In this document: piece after piece, positions 48,390 to 59,439 of the stretch | Layout: each line of letters starts with the position of its first letter | How positions within the stretch are numbered: the stretch's first letter is position 1 | Assembly (NCBI GenBank): GCA_963716175.1 | Contig: OY970296.1 | Location: 2,880,001-2,944,000, forward strand | Reading direction: 5' to 3' | Length of the DNA stretch: 64,000 nucleotides | Source: an uncultured Armatimonadetes bacterium | GTDB lineage: Bacteria > Armatimonadota > Hebobacteria > Hebobacterales > Hebobacteraceae | Program-made: the position numbers and the translations under genes | Notes under the pieces: generated by a model | The model's input: the letters and a program-made list of their open reading frames with translations, nothing else | Databases searched by the model: none | What the model was told of the DNA's origin: nothing

Positions 48390-50168
48390 ATGAAGCTATG
48401 GAGTTGCGAAAACACTCGGGGGGCGGTGTTGCTCTATGCCTTGAGCTTGGCGGCCTCCCTGCTGCTGCTGGCATGGGTGCTGCGGCTCTGGGAGGCGGAC
48501 CTTCACGTCCCGTTTGCTTATAGCGGCGATGCTCTCTTCACCAGCTCTTCCATCAAAGGCATGGTCGAGAACGGCTGGTATCTGTCCAACCCGAACATAG
48601 GCCTTCCCGACGGCAGCACCCTCTACGACTATCCTGGCTCCGACCTTCTGCATTGGAGCATCATCAAGGCCGTCTCGGTCTTCGCACGGCATTACGCCGT
48701 CACCCTCAACCTGTTCTTCCTGCTGACCTTCCCGCTGACCACGCTGTCGGCGCTCTTCGTGACGCGCCAGCTCGGCCTCTCGCCTCTCGCTGCATTCTCT
48801 GTGGGGCTGCTCTTCACGTTTCTCCCCTATCACTTCTTGCGCGGCGAGCCCCACCTTTTCCTCTCAGGCTACTACATGATCCCATGGAGCGTCCTGATTG
48901 TGTTGTGGGTGGCCCGGGGCGAACCTCTCCTGCTGGGGGCCCAGGGACGGTTTTGCCTCCGGAAGAGAGGTCTGGCAGCAGCCGCGATCTGTGCTCTGGC
49001 GGCGGCCTCTGGCATCTACTACGCGGTCTTCGCTTGCTTCTTCCTGGGCGTCGCGGGCATAGCTGCCGCGTTGCGGGCTCGGAAGGCGCGCAACCTTGTG
49101 GACTCGCTCTCCCTTGTCCTGGTCATATTCGCTACGGTCATCCTGACTATGACGCCCACCCTATGGTTCCAGTTCAAGCACGGCAGGAATCCCGCGGCGG
49201 TGGTCCGCAATCCGGCCGCCGGTGAAGCGTACGCGCTGAAGGTAGCTCAGTTGCTGATCCCGGTGGACGGCCACCGCATCGGCTGGGTCGCGGCCAAGAA
49301 AGCGGCCTACAACCGCGTGATGCCACTGGTCAATGAAAACCGCACCGCGACCCTGGGCCTCGTTGGCAGCATCGGCTTCGTGTTACTCATTGGGCGCATT
49401 CTCTTCATCCGCCGGACTGAATCCATGGTTGACCACCTCGCCGTTCTCAACCTCTCCGCAGTTCTCTTTGCGGGTATCGGCGGGATTGGGCCGCTCCTGA
49501 CCGCCGCCTTCGTGCGGCCGGTGCGGTGCTACAATCGCATCAGCGTCTTCATCGCCTTCTTCTGTCTGGTCGCTGTGGGCCTGTGGTTCGATGAACTGCG
49601 AAAGCGCGGGAGTGGCAGGAAGCTAGCCGGCGCCCTGCTCACGGTGGGAGGGGGCGCGGCCCTGATCCTGGGGCTGCTTGATCAAACTTCCCCGGCATTT
49701 GTTCCGCCCTATTCAGCTCTCAAGTCCGCGGTCGCGCATGACCGTGCCTTCTTCCAGCGGATCGAATCATCTTTGCCTGACCGCGCCGCCGTCTTCCAGT
49801 TGCCCTACATTGCCTTTCCCGAGTATAGGCGTCTCCACAAGATGATCGACTACGACCACTTCCGCGCCTATCTCAACTCCCACCGCTTGCGGTGGAGCTA
49901 TGGCGCCATGAAGGGGCGGCCCGGGGACCTGTGGCAGCGGACTGTGGTCGCCTTGCCTCCCGCGGAGATGCTCAGATACCTGGCTCTCTCCGGCTTCGAT
50001 GGGGTCTACATCAACCGTGCCGCCTATCGGCATGGCAGTACTCAGATCGAGCGTGAGATCAGCAGGACGCTGGCCGTTGCTCCCTTGGTCAGCGACAACA
50101 GGCAGATGGCGTTCTACTCCATGGTGGCATATAAGCGGAAGCTGGCGGCCGTGGGCGGCGGGGCTTGA
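48390..50168 (+). CDS. GT-C-like polytopic membrane protein
   Basis: YSGDA, ENGWYLSNPNIG, LPYHFLRGEPHLFLS, RCYNRIS, VFQLPY, LRWSYG. Confidence 0.75.
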   Translation: MKLWSCENTRGAVLLYALSLAASLLLLAWVLRLWEADLHVPFAYSGDALFTSSSIKGMVENGWYLSNPNIGLPDGSTLYDYPGSDLLHWSIIKAVSVFARHYAVTLNLFFLLTFPLTTLSALFVTRQLGLSPLAAFSVGLLFTFLPYHFLRGEPHLFLSGYYMIPWSVLIVLWVARGEPLLLGAQGRFCLRKRGLAAAAICALAAASGIYYAVFACFFLGVAGIAAALRARKARNLVDSLSLVLVIFATVILTMTPTLWFQFKHGRNPAAVVRNPAAGEAYALKVAQLLIPVDGHRIGWVAAKKAAYNRVMPLVNENRTATLGLVGSIGFVLLIGRILFIRRTESMVDHLAVLNLSAVLFAGIGGIGPLLTAAFVRPVRCYNRISVFIAFFCLVAVGLWFDELRKRGSGRKLAGALLTVGGGAALILGLLDQTSPAFVPPYSALKSAVAHDRAFFQRIESSLPDRAAVFQLPYIAFPEYRRLHKMIDYDHFRAYLNSHRLRWSYGAMKGRPGDLWQRTVVALPPAEMLRYLALSGFDGVYINRAAYRHGSTQIEREISRTLAVAPLVSDNRQMAFYSMVAYKRKLAAVGGGA

Positions 50169-50247
50169 CGGACTGCGGCCATCCCCCAGGAGCCGATGGC
50201 TCGCCGATGGTATGCAGGTACCGCGCTGCGCGGCAAGGAGGTCAGCG

Positions 50248-51036
50248 ATGAAGGCCTGTATCCTGGCCGGAGGCATGGGCACAAGACTGGCGGAGGAAAC
50301 TGTGGTGAAGCCCAAGCCCATGGTCGAGATCGGCGGCAAGCCCATGCTGTGGCACATCATGAATATCTACGCCTCCTACGGCTACACCGAGTTTGTGGTG
50401 GCTGTGGGGTACAGAGGGGACGTGATCAAGGGCTACTTCCTCGACTTCTATTCGCTCAACGGTGATCTCACCGTCAACCTCCGCACCGGTGAGACCGCAG
50501 TCCACCACAGCAAGCATCCGGACTGGACGGTGCATCTCGTGGACACTGGCATCAACACTCAGACGGGAGGCCGGATCAAGCGCCTGGAACCGTGGGTCGG
50601 CGGCGAGACTTTCATGGTGACTTACGGTGACGGCGTGGCGGACATAGACATCAACCAGTTGGTGGCCTTCCACCGCTCACATGGCCGCCTGGCCACCGTC
50701 ACCGCGGTGCGACCTCCCTCCCGTTTCGGCGGACTTGCTTTTGATGGCGACCAGGTGGTGTACTTTGCGGAGAAGCCGCAGACCGGCGAAGGCTGGATCA
50801 ACGGCGGGTTCTTCGTGCTGGAGCCGGGCGTGTTCAGCTACATCAGCGGAGACGCCATGCCGTGGGAGGCGGAACCCATGGAGCGGCTGGCGGCCGAAGG
50901 AGAGCTCATGTCCTACCGGCACGAGGGGTTCTGGCAGCCCATGGATACCCTGCGCGAGAAGCACATGTTGGAGTCCCTCTGGGCCTCCGGGAGAGCGCCC
51001 TGGAAGGTGTGGAAGGATGAGCCAGTTCTGGACTGA
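50248..51036 (+). CDS. rfbF: Glucose-1-phosphate cytidylyltransferase
   Basis: [54 protein letters not shown]; AAGGAGG RBS. Confidence 0.95.
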   Translation: MKACILAGGMGTRLAEETVVKPKPMVEIGGKPMLWHIMNIYASYGYTEFVVAVGYRGDVIKGYFLDFYSLNGDLTVNLRTGETAVHHSKHPDWTVHLVDTGINTQTGGRIKRLEPWVGGETFMVTYGDGVADIDINQLVAFHRSHGRLATVTAVRPPSRFGGLAFDGDQVVYFAEKPQTGEGWINGGFFVLEPGVFSYISGDAMPWEAEPMERLAAEGELMSYRHEGFWQPMDTLREKHMLESLWASGRAPWKVWKDEPVLD

Positions 51037-52018
51037 CAGGCGCACCTTTGTCACCGGGGCCACCGGCCTGGTCGGCTCCTGGCTGGTGAGGGCCCTGGTG
51101 GAGCGGCGGGCCTATGTGGTGGCCCTGGTGCGGGACTGGGACCCGCAGAGCGAGCTCGTCCGAAGCGGCATCATCCATCGGGTGACCGTGGTCAACGGCG
51201 TGTTGGAGGACTACGCTGCTCTGGAGCGGGCGATCAACGAGCACGAGATCGAGATTGCGTTTCACCTGGGGGCGCAGACGATTGTGGGTACCGCCCTGCG
51301 CAGCCCGTTCCCCACCTTCGAGGCCAATATCCGGGGCACGTACAACCTGCTGGAGGCCTGCCGCGTTCACCAAGATCTGGTGAAGCGCATCGTGGTTGCT
51401 TCGAGCGATAAGGCCTACGGGGACACTGAGATCCTGCCCTACACGGAGGAAATGCCTCCCCTCGGTCGCCACCCCTACGATGTGTCCAAATCCTGCGCCG
51501 ACCTGCTCGCCCGGGCCTATCACCAGACCTACCGCCTGCCGGTTGCGATCACCCGGTGCGGCAATATCTACGGCGGCGGCGACCTCAACTGGAGCCGGAT
51601 TGTTCCTGGCACCATTCGCAGCCTCTACCAGGGAGAGCGCCCCATCATCCGCAGCGATGGCAAGTTCGTGCGCGATTACCTCTATGTGCAGGACGCCGTG
51701 CAGGCCTATCTGTGCACCGCCGAAGCGCTCGAGAGACCGGCAATGCCGGGTGAGGCTTTCAACTTCGCCCCCGACCAGCCCCGCGCCGTGCTGGAGGTGG
51801 TGGAAACACTCTGCCGGCTGATGGGTCGAGAGGACCTGCCACCAGTGATCCTCAACCAGGTCAAGGCCGAGATTCGCGACCAGTATCTGTCCTCGGAGAA
51901 GGCAAAGCGGCTGCTGGACTGGACCGCCGCCTACAGCTTCGAGCAGGGCCTTGCTGAGACCGTCGAGTGGTACACTGACTTCTTCCGTCAGACTGCTGCC
52001 CCACCAGGACGGGCATGA
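51017..52018 (+). CDS. rfbG: CDP-glucose 4,6-dehydratase-like SDR
   Basis: [34 protein letters not shown]; lies between rfbF and rfbH. Confidence 0.8.
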   Translation: MSQFWTDRRTFVTGATGLVGSWLVRALVERRAYVVALVRDWDPQSELVRSGIIHRVTVVNGVLEDYAALERAINEHEIEIAFHLGAQTIVGTALRSPFPTFEANIRGTYNLLEACRVHQDLVKRIVVASSDKAYGDTEILPYTEEMPPLGRHPYDVSKSCADLLARAYHQTYRLPVAITRCGNIYGGGDLNWSRIVPGTIRSLYQGERPIIRSDGKFVRDYLYVQDAVQAYLCTAEALERPAMPGEAFNFAPDQPRAVLEVVETLCRLMGREDLPPVILNQVKAEIRDQYLSSEKAKRLLDWTAAYSFEQGLAETVEWYTDFFRQTAAPPGRA

Positions 52019-53337
52019 GAACCGCTGAAGAGCTGCGCAACCTGATTCTTGAGTTGACCCGCGAGTACTATCAGGCTCAATGGCCGGAGCGGCCGTTCCG
52101 GCCGGGCGAGACGCCAGTGCCTGTGAGCGGCCGCGTGTTCGACCAGGAGGATGTCGCCACCTTGGTTGACGCCTCCCTCGATTTCTGGCTGACCACGGGG
52201 CGCTACGCGGCTGACTTCGAGGCCACGTTCGCGCAGGTGGTTGGCACGCGCTTCGCCGTTCTGACGAACTCCGGCTCCAGCGCCAACCTGCTGGCTCTCT
52301 CCTGCCTGACCTCTTCGGCGCTGGGCGAGCGTAGGCTGAGCTCGGGCGACGAGGTGATCACAGTAGCGGCCGGTTTCCCGACGACGGTGAACCCCATCGT
52401 CCAGAATGGGCTGGTGCCGGTGTTCGTGGACATCACAGTGCCGACTTATAACGTAGACATTTCCCAACTGGAAGCCGCGCTTAGCGACCGCACGCGGGCG
52501 ATTGTTCTCGCCCACATGCTTGGGAACCCCTTCGAGGCCGGTACCGTCAAGGCCTTCGCGCAGGCTCACGGGCTGTGGTTCGTCGAGGACTGCTGTGACG
52601 CGCTGGGGGCCAGCTACCAGGGCCGGCAGGTGGGGACTTTCGGGGACCTGGCCACCTTCAGCTTCTACCCGGCACACCATATCACCATGGGCGAAGGGGG
52701 TGCGGTGGTCACAGACTCACCCCGGCTCAAGAAGCTGGTCGAGTCCTTCCGGGACTGGGGCCGGGACTGCTGGTGTGCGCCGGGCAAAGACAACACCTGC
52801 GGTCGGCGCTTCGATTGGCAGCTCGGCGAGCTGCCATATGGCTATGATCACAAGTATACGTACTCGGAGATCGGTTACAACCTCAAGGCCACCGACATGC
52901 AGGCCGCGGTCGGCGTGTCACAGTTGAGCAAGCTGCCGCAGTTCATCGCCGCGCGGAGGCGCAACTTCCGGTTGCTGACCGAGCACTTGCATGATCTCCA
53001 GGACTTCTTCATCTTGCCAGAGGCGACCCCTGATTCCGAGCCAAGTTGGTTCGGCTATCCCATCTGTGTGCGCCCCACCGGTGCACTCACCCGCGACCAA
53101 GTTGTGCGGCGCCTGGATGCCGCCAGGGTCGGCACGCGGCTGCTGTTTGGGGGCAATCTGGTGCGCCAACCAGCCTACCAGGGTGTGTCCCACCGCAGCA
53201 TCGGTGAGCTGCCGAACTCCGATTTCGTGATGAGGCATCTGTTCTGGATCGGCGTCTATCCTGGCCTGCGCGAAGAGATGCTGCACTATGTAGCCGAGGT
53301 GCTGCACACTTGCTGCGCGGAGGCCGGTCATCAGTAA
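52015..53337 (+). CDS. rfbH: CDP-4-keto-6-deoxyglucose 3-dehydrase (E1)
   Basis: [14 protein letters not shown] (His in place of the PLP Lys), RDWGRDCWC...NTC Fe-S ligands, GYDHKY. Confidence 0.93.
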   Translation: MRTAEELRNLILELTREYYQAQWPERPFRPGETPVPVSGRVFDQEDVATLVDASLDFWLTTGRYAADFEATFAQVVGTRFAVLTNSGSSANLLALSCLTSSALGERRLSSGDEVITVAAGFPTTVNPIVQNGLVPVFVDITVPTYNVDISQLEAALSDRTRAIVLAHMLGNPFEAGTVKAFAQAHGLWFVEDCCDALGASYQGRQVGTFGDLATFSFYPAHHITMGEGGAVVTDSPRLKKLVESFRDWGRDCWCAPGKDNTCGRRFDWQLGELPYGYDHKYTYSEIGYNLKATDMQAAVGVSQLSKLPQFIAARRRNFRLLTEHLHDLQDFFILPEATPDSEPSWFGYPICVRPTGALTRDQVVRRLDAARVGTRLLFGGNLVRQPAYQGVSHRSIGELPNSDFVMRHLFWIGVYPGLREEMLHYVAEVLHTCCAEAGHQ

Positions 53338-54379
53338 CCCGCTAGCGGCAGACCTGGATCACATCCTCGCCCACACCCGGGACCTGTGGGAAGACCTGCG
53401 CGGCAGACGCGTCTTCATCACCGGGGGCACTGGCTTCTTCGGCTGCTGGTTGCTCGAGAGCTTCCTATGGGCGAATGACAAGCTCGATCTGCAGGCCTCG
53501 GCCACCGTGTTGACCAGAGACCCCGATGCTTCTCGCGCCAAGGTGCCCCACCTTGCCGGCCATCCGTCCATTGATCTCCAGGCGGGCGATGTCACGGATT
53601 TCCGCTTTCCGGGTGGGGGGTACTCTCATCTCATCCACGCCGCCACCGAGGCCAGCGCTCAGCTCATCCGAGACAACCCGCTGCTGATGTGGCGCACCAT
53701 AGCGGAAGGCACGCAGCGCACACTGGAGTTCGCAGTGCATTGCGGGGCAGCGCGTTACCTGCTCACCAGCTCGGGCGCGGTCTATGGGAAGCAACCGCCC
53801 GAGCTGAGTCACACACCGGAGGACTACCCAGGCGCGCCCGACTCGCTCGACCCGGGGTCGGCCTATGGGGAGGGCAAACGGGCGGCTGAGCAGTTGTGCG
53901 CCCTCTACGCGGCCGGACACGGGATCGAAGTCGCCATCGCGCGCGGGTTCGTCTTCGTCGGCCCCTACCTGCCCCTCGACCGGCACTTTGCGGTGGGGAA
54001 TTTCATCAGAGACGGCCTGCGAGGCGGCCCTATCGTGGTGACCGGCGACGGGACCCCGTATCGCTCTTACCTCTACGCCGCCGACCTGGCGATCTGGCTC
54101 TGGACTATCCTCTTGCGCGGGAAGTCTTGCCGTGCGTATAATGTCGGATCAGAGGTAGCCGTTACCATCGCTGACCTGGCACATGCAGTTGCGGATGCCT
54201 TCGAGCCGCCACAGCACGTCATCGTTGCCCGGAAGCCCGTCCCCGAGGCGCCTTCCGAGCGCTATGTTCCCTCCACCGCTCGGGCGCAACGAGAGCTCAG
54301 CCTTCGGCAGACGGTCTCGTTGCAGCAATCTATACAGAGAACCCTGGACTGGCACCGATGTCGCATTTCGATGGGCTGA
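53330..54379 (+). CDS. NAD-dependent epimerase/dehydratase/reductase (SDR), apparent non-canonical ATC start
   Basis: In-frame [10 protein letters not shown] lies upstream of the first ATG/GTG/TTG (53450); SSGAVYG, YGEGK; GGAGG 6 nt before ATC 53330. Confidence 0.82.
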   Translation: MSNPLAADLDHILAHTRDLWEDLRGRRVFITGGTGFFGCWLLESFLWANDKLDLQASATVLTRDPDASRAKVPHLAGHPSIDLQAGDVTDFRFPGGGYSHLIHAATEASAQLIRDNPLLMWRTIAEGTQRTLEFAVHCGAARYLLTSSGAVYGKQPPELSHTPEDYPGAPDSLDPGSAYGEGKRAAEQLCALYAAGHGIEVAIARGFVFVGPYLPLDRHFAVGNFIRDGLRGGPIVVTGDGTPYRSYLYAADLAIWLWTILLRGKSCRAYNVGSEVAVTIADLAHAVADAFEPPQHVIVARKPVPEAPSERYVPSTARAQRELSLRQTVSLQQSIQRTLDWHRCRISMG

Positions 54380-54439
54380 TCGCTCGAGTGACAGATGGCA
54401 GGGGAAGCGTTCTGGGGAACGGCCCGGAAGTAGTAGATA

Positions 54440-56182
54440 ATGGCCTCGTCCCAGGTTAAGTCGGCGGACTATCTCGTATCGTTCCTCGAAGCCCAGGGGG
54501 TGCCCTGCGTTTTCGAGTTGTCGGGAGGCATGATAACTCATCTCCTCGATGCCTTCTGTCGCCGTGGGCGGATTCCGCTGGTTAGCATGCACCACGAGCA
54601 GGCAGCAGCATTCGCGGTGGACGCGGTCGGAAAACTCACCGGGAAGCCAGCTGTTGCGATGGCCACTAGCGGACCAGGAGCCACTAACCTTCTTACCGGT
54701 ATCGCCACCTGTTTCTTTGATTCCTCGCCCGGTGTCTTCGTCACGGGACAGGTGAACCGCGACGAGCAGAAAGGCAACCGCCCCATCCGGCAGTTGGGGT
54801 TTCAGGAAACCGACATCGTCGCCATCGCTCGTCCTGTCACGAAAGCTGCCTGGCAGGTTCGGGTTCCCGAAGAGCTGCCAGGCCTGCTGTATCAGGCCTT
54901 CGCACTGGCCGTGGCCGGGCGGCCCGGGCCGGTCCTTCTCGACATCCCAATGGACGTGCAGCGTGCGCCTATCGCGGCCGGAGAATCGCAGGGACCGCTC
55001 CCGCCGCCAGCGCCTGCGCAGACCATTGATTGCGCCGCTCTGAGTGAGTTGTGCGCTGCGCTCATGGCGGCTCAGAGACCACTGATTCTCGCTGGTGGAG
55101 GCGTGCGGTGCGCTCAGGCCATTTCCGAGCTGCGCGCCTTTGCCCTTGAGCTTTCTGTGCCGGTCGCGTACTCGCTGCATGCTGTTGATGTGCTGCCCTC
55201 AGGCGATCCGCTACGGGTGGGGATGATCGGTAGCTACGGCAACCGATGGGCCAACCTCACGCTAGCGAGATCCGATCTTCTGCTTGTGCTTGGCAGCCGC
55301 CTTGACATCCGGCAAACTGGGTCGCAGGTGCAAGCAATCGTCGAGGGCCGTCGCGTTTTCCACGTTGACTGTGATGCCGGCGAGATCAACAACCGGGTCA
55401 CGGGATGCTACCCGGTCGTCGCTGACCTGCGAACGTTCTTCGCCGCTGCCAAGCGACACATGGCCGGGCGGCGCTTCCCGGATCGCGCTGCCTGGCTGGA
55501 GGAGATTGGTGCCCTAAGGCGCGCTTGGCCCGACACTCGCGAGCTTGCGGGCGTCCCTGGCATCAACCCCAATACCTTCATGCACCGGCTCTCGGGCGCG
55601 TCCACCCGCGCTGCTGGCTACGTGGTAGACGTAGGCCAGCATCAGATGTGGGCTGCGCAGTCTCTCGACCTTACTCCTGACCAGCGTTTTCTGACAACAG
55701 GTGGCATGGGATCCATGGGCTATGCCTTGCCCGCCGCTATCGGCATGTCCTGCATTACCAAGCCGCAGCCGGTAGTGGTGATCTCTGGCGACGGCGGCTT
55801 CCAGTGCAACATCCAGGAGCTGCAAACCGTCGTGCACAATGAGCTTCCCACGAAGATCGTCGTCCTGAACAACGGCTGTCTTGGCATGGTGCGCCAGTTC
55901 CAGGAGTCTTACTTCGAGTGCCGCTATCAGTCCACCATGTGGGGCTACAGCGCCCCTGACTTCGCCCGCGTTTGCAGCGCCTATGGCGTGCCTGGTCGCA
56001 CTATCACCGTAGAGAGCGAGCTTGACGACGCCCTAGCCTGGCTCTGGCGACAACCCGATCGGCCGGCCTTGCTCCAGGTCATGGTCGATCCCTTCGCAAA
56101 CGTCTATCCAAAGATCGCATTTGGACGGCCCATCGCCGAGATGGAGCCACTTGCGAAGCCATTGCCGATGGACGGCACCTGA
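54440..56182 (+). CDS. Thiamine pyrophosphate-dependent enzyme (acetolactate synthase-like, YerE-like)
   Basis: HHEQAAAFA, TSGPGATN, DVGQHQMW, GSMGYALP, SGDGG...NN; sits inside the CDP-sugar operon. Confidence 0.88.
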   Translation: MASSQVKSADYLVSFLEAQGVPCVFELSGGMITHLLDAFCRRGRIPLVSMHHEQAAAFAVDAVGKLTGKPAVAMATSGPGATNLLTGIATCFFDSSPGVFVTGQVNRDEQKGNRPIRQLGFQETDIVAIARPVTKAAWQVRVPEELPGLLYQAFALAVAGRPGPVLLDIPMDVQRAPIAAGESQGPLPPPAPAQTIDCAALSELCAALMAAQRPLILAGGGVRCAQAISELRAFALELSVPVAYSLHAVDVLPSGDPLRVGMIGSYGNRWANLTLARSDLLLVLGSRLDIRQTGSQVQAIVEGRRVFHVDCDAGEINNRVTGCYPVVADLRTFFAAAKRHMAGRRFPDRAAWLEEIGALRRAWPDTRELAGVPGINPNTFMHRLSGASTRAAGYVVDVGQHQMWAAQSLDLTPDQRFLTTGGMGSMGYALPAAIGMSCITKPQPVVVISGDGGFQCNIQELQTVVHNELPTKIVVLNNGCLGMVRQFQESYFECRYQSTMWGYSAPDFARVCSAYGVPGRTITVESELDDALAWLWRQPDRPALLQVMVDPFANVYPKIAFGRPIAEMEPLAKPLPMDGT

Positions 56183-56247
56183 TTGTAGCATCGAATCCCT
56201 GTGCGCGCAGAACCGTTCTGTGCTGCTGGGGATATGAGGGATAGGTC

Positions 56248-57216
56248 ATGCGTCTCATCAGTGTCGTTACGCCCTGCTACAACGAGGAGGAGAACGTCGC
56301 TGAGCTGTACCGGCAGGTCAAACAGGTCTTTGCCGGCCTGCACGGCTACTGCTATGAGCACATCTTCATAGACAACGCCTCCAGAGACAACACGGTGCCG
56401 ATACTCAGGGAGATCGCGGCCGCTGACAGGCGAGTCAAGGTCATCGTGAACGCTCGCAACTTCGGCCACATTCGCTCCCCCTACTACGCGATGATGCAAG
56501 CCAGAGGCGATGCAGTTATAGGTATCGTAGCCGACCTGCAAGACCCGCCGGCGCTGATCCCCGAATTCATCCGCCAGTGGGAGGAAGGGTACAAGGTCGT
56601 CCTCGGCATCAAGGAGAAGAGCGAGGAATCACGTCTCTTCTTCCTCCTGAGAAGCATCTACTACAAGCTCTTGCGCCGCCTCTCGGATGTCGAGCTGATC
56701 GAGCACTTCACCGGCTTTGGGCTCTACGACAGGCAGGTGGTGGAAATCCTGCGCGGCCTGAAGGATGCTTACCCCTACTTCCGCGGCATCATCGCCGACA
56801 TCGGCTTCGAGAGCGCGAAGGTGAAGTACCTCCAGCCGGTCAGGAAGCGCGGCCTCACCAAGAATAACCTCTACACTCTCTTCGACATGGCCATGCTCGG
56901 CCTGACGAGCTACACGAAGGTGCCGCTTCGTCTGGCCACGATCTTCGGGTTCGGGTGCTCCGCGCTCAGCCTGCTGGTGGCGCTAGTGTACTTCGTCTAC
57001 AAGCTGATCTTCTGGCGGAGCTTCTCGGTGGGCGTCGCACCGCTGGTGATAGGTCTGTTCTTCTTCGCCTCGGTGCAGCTTTTCTTCCTCGGGATTATCG
57101 GCGAGTACATCGGGGCTGTGCACACCCAGGTGCTCGGCCGGCCCCTGGTGGTCGTAAAGGAGACGATCAACTTCTCTTCCGGCCCGGCCGACGACACCGC
57201 GCAGGACAAGTCGTAG
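56248..57216 (+). CDS. GT2, GtrB-like polyprenyl-phosphate glycosyltransferase
   Basis: VVTPCYNEE, RNFGHIRS, ADLQDPP, two C-terminal TMs, GIIGEYI. Confidence 0.9.
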   Translation: MRLISVVTPCYNEEENVAELYRQVKQVFAGLHGYCYEHIFIDNASRDNTVPILREIAAADRRVKVIVNARNFGHIRSPYYAMMQARGDAVIGIVADLQDPPALIPEFIRQWEEGYKVVLGIKEKSEESRLFFLLRSIYYKLLRRLSDVELIEHFTGFGLYDRQVVEILRGLKDAYPYFRGIIADIGFESAKVKYLQPVRKRGLTKNNLYTLFDMAMLGLTSYTKVPLRLATIFGFGCSALSLLVALVYFVYKLIFWRSFSVGVAPLVIGLFFFASVQLFFLGIIGEYIGAVHTQVLGRPLVVVKETINFSSGPADDTAQDKS

Positions 57217-57223
57217 CGGCCGC

Positions 57224-58195
57224 ATGGCGCCAGGGCCCCGCCACAAGGCGCTGCTGCTGCGGACGTTCGTTGTTCTCCTGGCTGCCGCCGGCCTGTTCTT
57301 CGCCTTCCGCGGCGTGGACTGGCACGAGATGCTCGGCATCATGCGGCGTGCCCGCCTCACCTACCTCGCCCTTGCCTGCCTGGTGCTGAGCCTGTCATAC
57401 GGCCTCCGGGGTCTGCGCTGGCGGGTGCTGCTCAGCGCAGAGAAGCTGATCCCGGCCAGCACGGTATTCTGGGCGAATATGGTGGGCTATCTGGGCAACA
57501 ACTTCCTTCCCGCCCGCGCCGGCGAGCTGATCCGGTCGGTGATGCTGGGCCAGCGCGCAGGTATCAGCAAGAGCTTCGTGCTCGCCACCGCCATCACCGA
57601 GAGAATCATGGATGTGGTGGTCCTGGTCATCATCAGCGCAGTAGCAGCGGTGACCCTGGGCAACCTGCCGGGGTGGTTGGTCTCGGCCGCCAAGGTCATG
57701 GGCGCGCTGGGGCTGGCCTGCTTGCTCATCCTTTACCTGGCCGCTCGCTCTCACGCGTTCCTTGCTGGGCTGCTAGCGCACCTTCCCTCGCCTGTGGGCA
57801 TGCGCTCGCGCGTCGCCAGCATCACAGAGCAGTTTCTGGCCGGCACCCGGGCGATCCACCATCCCTCTCGGGGACTTGGCTTCGCCGGCCTGGCCGCGGC
57901 GATCTGGCTGATGGACGCCTTCTCCTCAATGCTCGGAGCGAAAGCCCTGTCCCTGGTCCTGACCCTGCCCCAGGCCCTGATCCTGCTCGCCGCCCTGGGC
58001 CTGGCCAGCGCCCTTCCCTCCACCCCGGGCGCGGTGGGCATCTACCAACTGGTGGCCGTGACCATTCTCATGCCCTTCGGCTACAGCCGCGACTCCGCCC
58101 TCGCCTACATCCTCGTCGCCCAAGCCTGCGCCTATGTGGTCGTCACCGTCTGGGGCCTAGGAGGGCTGTGGCGACTAGGAGCAGCGAGCGGTTAG
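57224..58195 (+). CDS. Lysylphosphatidylglycerol-synthase TM domain / flippase-like protein
   Basis: RWRVLL, NNFLPARAGE, ERIMD, PSTPGAVG. Confidence 0.85.
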   Translation: MAPGPRHKALLLRTFVVLLAAAGLFFAFRGVDWHEMLGIMRRARLTYLALACLVLSLSYGLRGLRWRVLLSAEKLIPASTVFWANMVGYLGNNFLPARAGELIRSVMLGQRAGISKSFVLATAITERIMDVVVLVIISAVAAVTLGNLPGWLVSAAKVMGALGLACLLILYLAARSHAFLAGLLAHLPSPVGMRSRVASITEQFLAGTRAIHHPSRGLGFAGLAAAIWLMDAFSSMLGAKALSLVLTLPQALILLAALGLASALPSTPGAVGIYQLVAVTILMPFGYSRDSALAYILVAQACAYVVVTVWGLGGLWRLGAASG

Positions 58196-58410
58196 GCATG
58201 CAGAGCAGTCTGTGCTCCTGCCGGAAGCGTCCGGCCGGGTCCCTCATACCCGCGGCCGGCACTGGCAGGTGAGCGAACCTTCAAGGCAGAATCATGGAAG
58301 TGAGGCCAGAGCAGAGTATCCTGGTGTGATGGCGGCCCCGCAGTCCGGCCCGCGAGGGGTGCGGTGCGAGAGTCGGCTCGGGCGGACGAGCGGCAGGGTG
58401 AATCAGTGAC

Positions 58411-59439
58411 ATGAGGACAAGCGCAGGCCTCCGTGTGGCAGTAGTGGGATGTGGCTACTGGGGGCCCAACCTGGTGCGCAATCTCGCCGCGTTGGAGGGG
58501 GTGGAGGTAGCAGTTTGCTGCGATCTCCAGCAGCCCAACCTGGCGCGTGTGGCCTCTCTCGTCCCTTCCGCTCAGCTAGTCACCTCCCTCCGCCAGGCTC
58601 TCTCCGAGGACGTCGCTGCCGTCGCCATCGCCACCCCGGCCGATACCCACTACGAGATGGCGCGGGAGACTTTGGAGGCCGGGAAGGATGTGCTGGTCGA
58701 GAAGCCTCTAACTCTCTCGACCTCCCAGGCCGAGGATCTGGCCCGACTGGCCCATGAGCGGGGGCGCATCCTCATGGTCGGCCACACGTTTCTCTACAAT
58801 CCCGCGGTGCGGCGTCTGAAGGAGTACCTGGACGCGGGCGAGCTGGGGGAGATCTACTACGGGTACTCCCATCGCCTCAACTTGGGGCAGGTGCGGAGAG
58901 TCGAAAACGTGTGGTGGAACCTCGGTCCCCACGATGTTTCCATCTTCAACTATCTCTTTGCCTCTTGTCCGGTGGCCGCGCAGGGGTATGGAGCGGCCTA
59001 CCTGCAAGAGGGGGTAGAGGATATCGCCTTCGTCGTGCTTCACTACCCCGCGGGGAAAGTGGCGCACATCCATGTGTCTTGGCTCGATCCGGGGAAGGTG
59101 CGAAAGGTCACCGTCGTGGGCGCGAAGAAAATGGCGCTGTTCAACGATATGCAGAGCGACGGGCCGCTCATGCTCTTCGACAAGAAGGCGGTGCGAGAGC
59201 CGACCGAGGACATCCACGGGGGCTATCGTCTGCGTCTGCATTCGGGCGATGTGCTGATCCCGAGCATCTCCCGGCAAGAGCCGCTGCGAGTGGAGTGCGA
59301 GCACTTCATCGAGTGCGTCCGCACCCGCCAGCAGCCCCTCACCGGCGCTTGGCACGGGGTGGAAGTGGTGCGGGTCATGGAGGCGGTCTCTCGCTCCATG
59401 AGGAACTCGGGAGAGCTAGTGCAGGTGCCGGCGGCATGA
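58411..59439 (+). CDS. Gfo/Idh/MocA oxidoreductase (WbpB/WlbA-like)
   Basis: VGCGYWGPN, VLVEKP, MVGHTFLYNP, PHDVS. Confidence 0.9.
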   Translation: MRTSAGLRVAVVGCGYWGPNLVRNLAALEGVEVAVCCDLQQPNLARVASLVPSAQLVTSLRQALSEDVAAVAIATPADTHYEMARETLEAGKDVLVEKPLTLSTSQAEDLARLAHERGRILMVGHTFLYNPAVRRLKEYLDAGELGEIYYGYSHRLNLGQVRRVENVWWNLGPHDVSIFNYLFASCPVAAQGYGAAYLQEGVEDIAFVVLHYPAGKVAHIHVSWLDPGKVRKVTVVGAKKMALFNDMQSDGPLMLFDKKAVREPTEDIHGGYRLRLHSGDVLIPSISRQEPLRVECEHFIECVRTRQQPLTGAWHGVEVVRVMEAVSRSMRNSGELVQVPAA

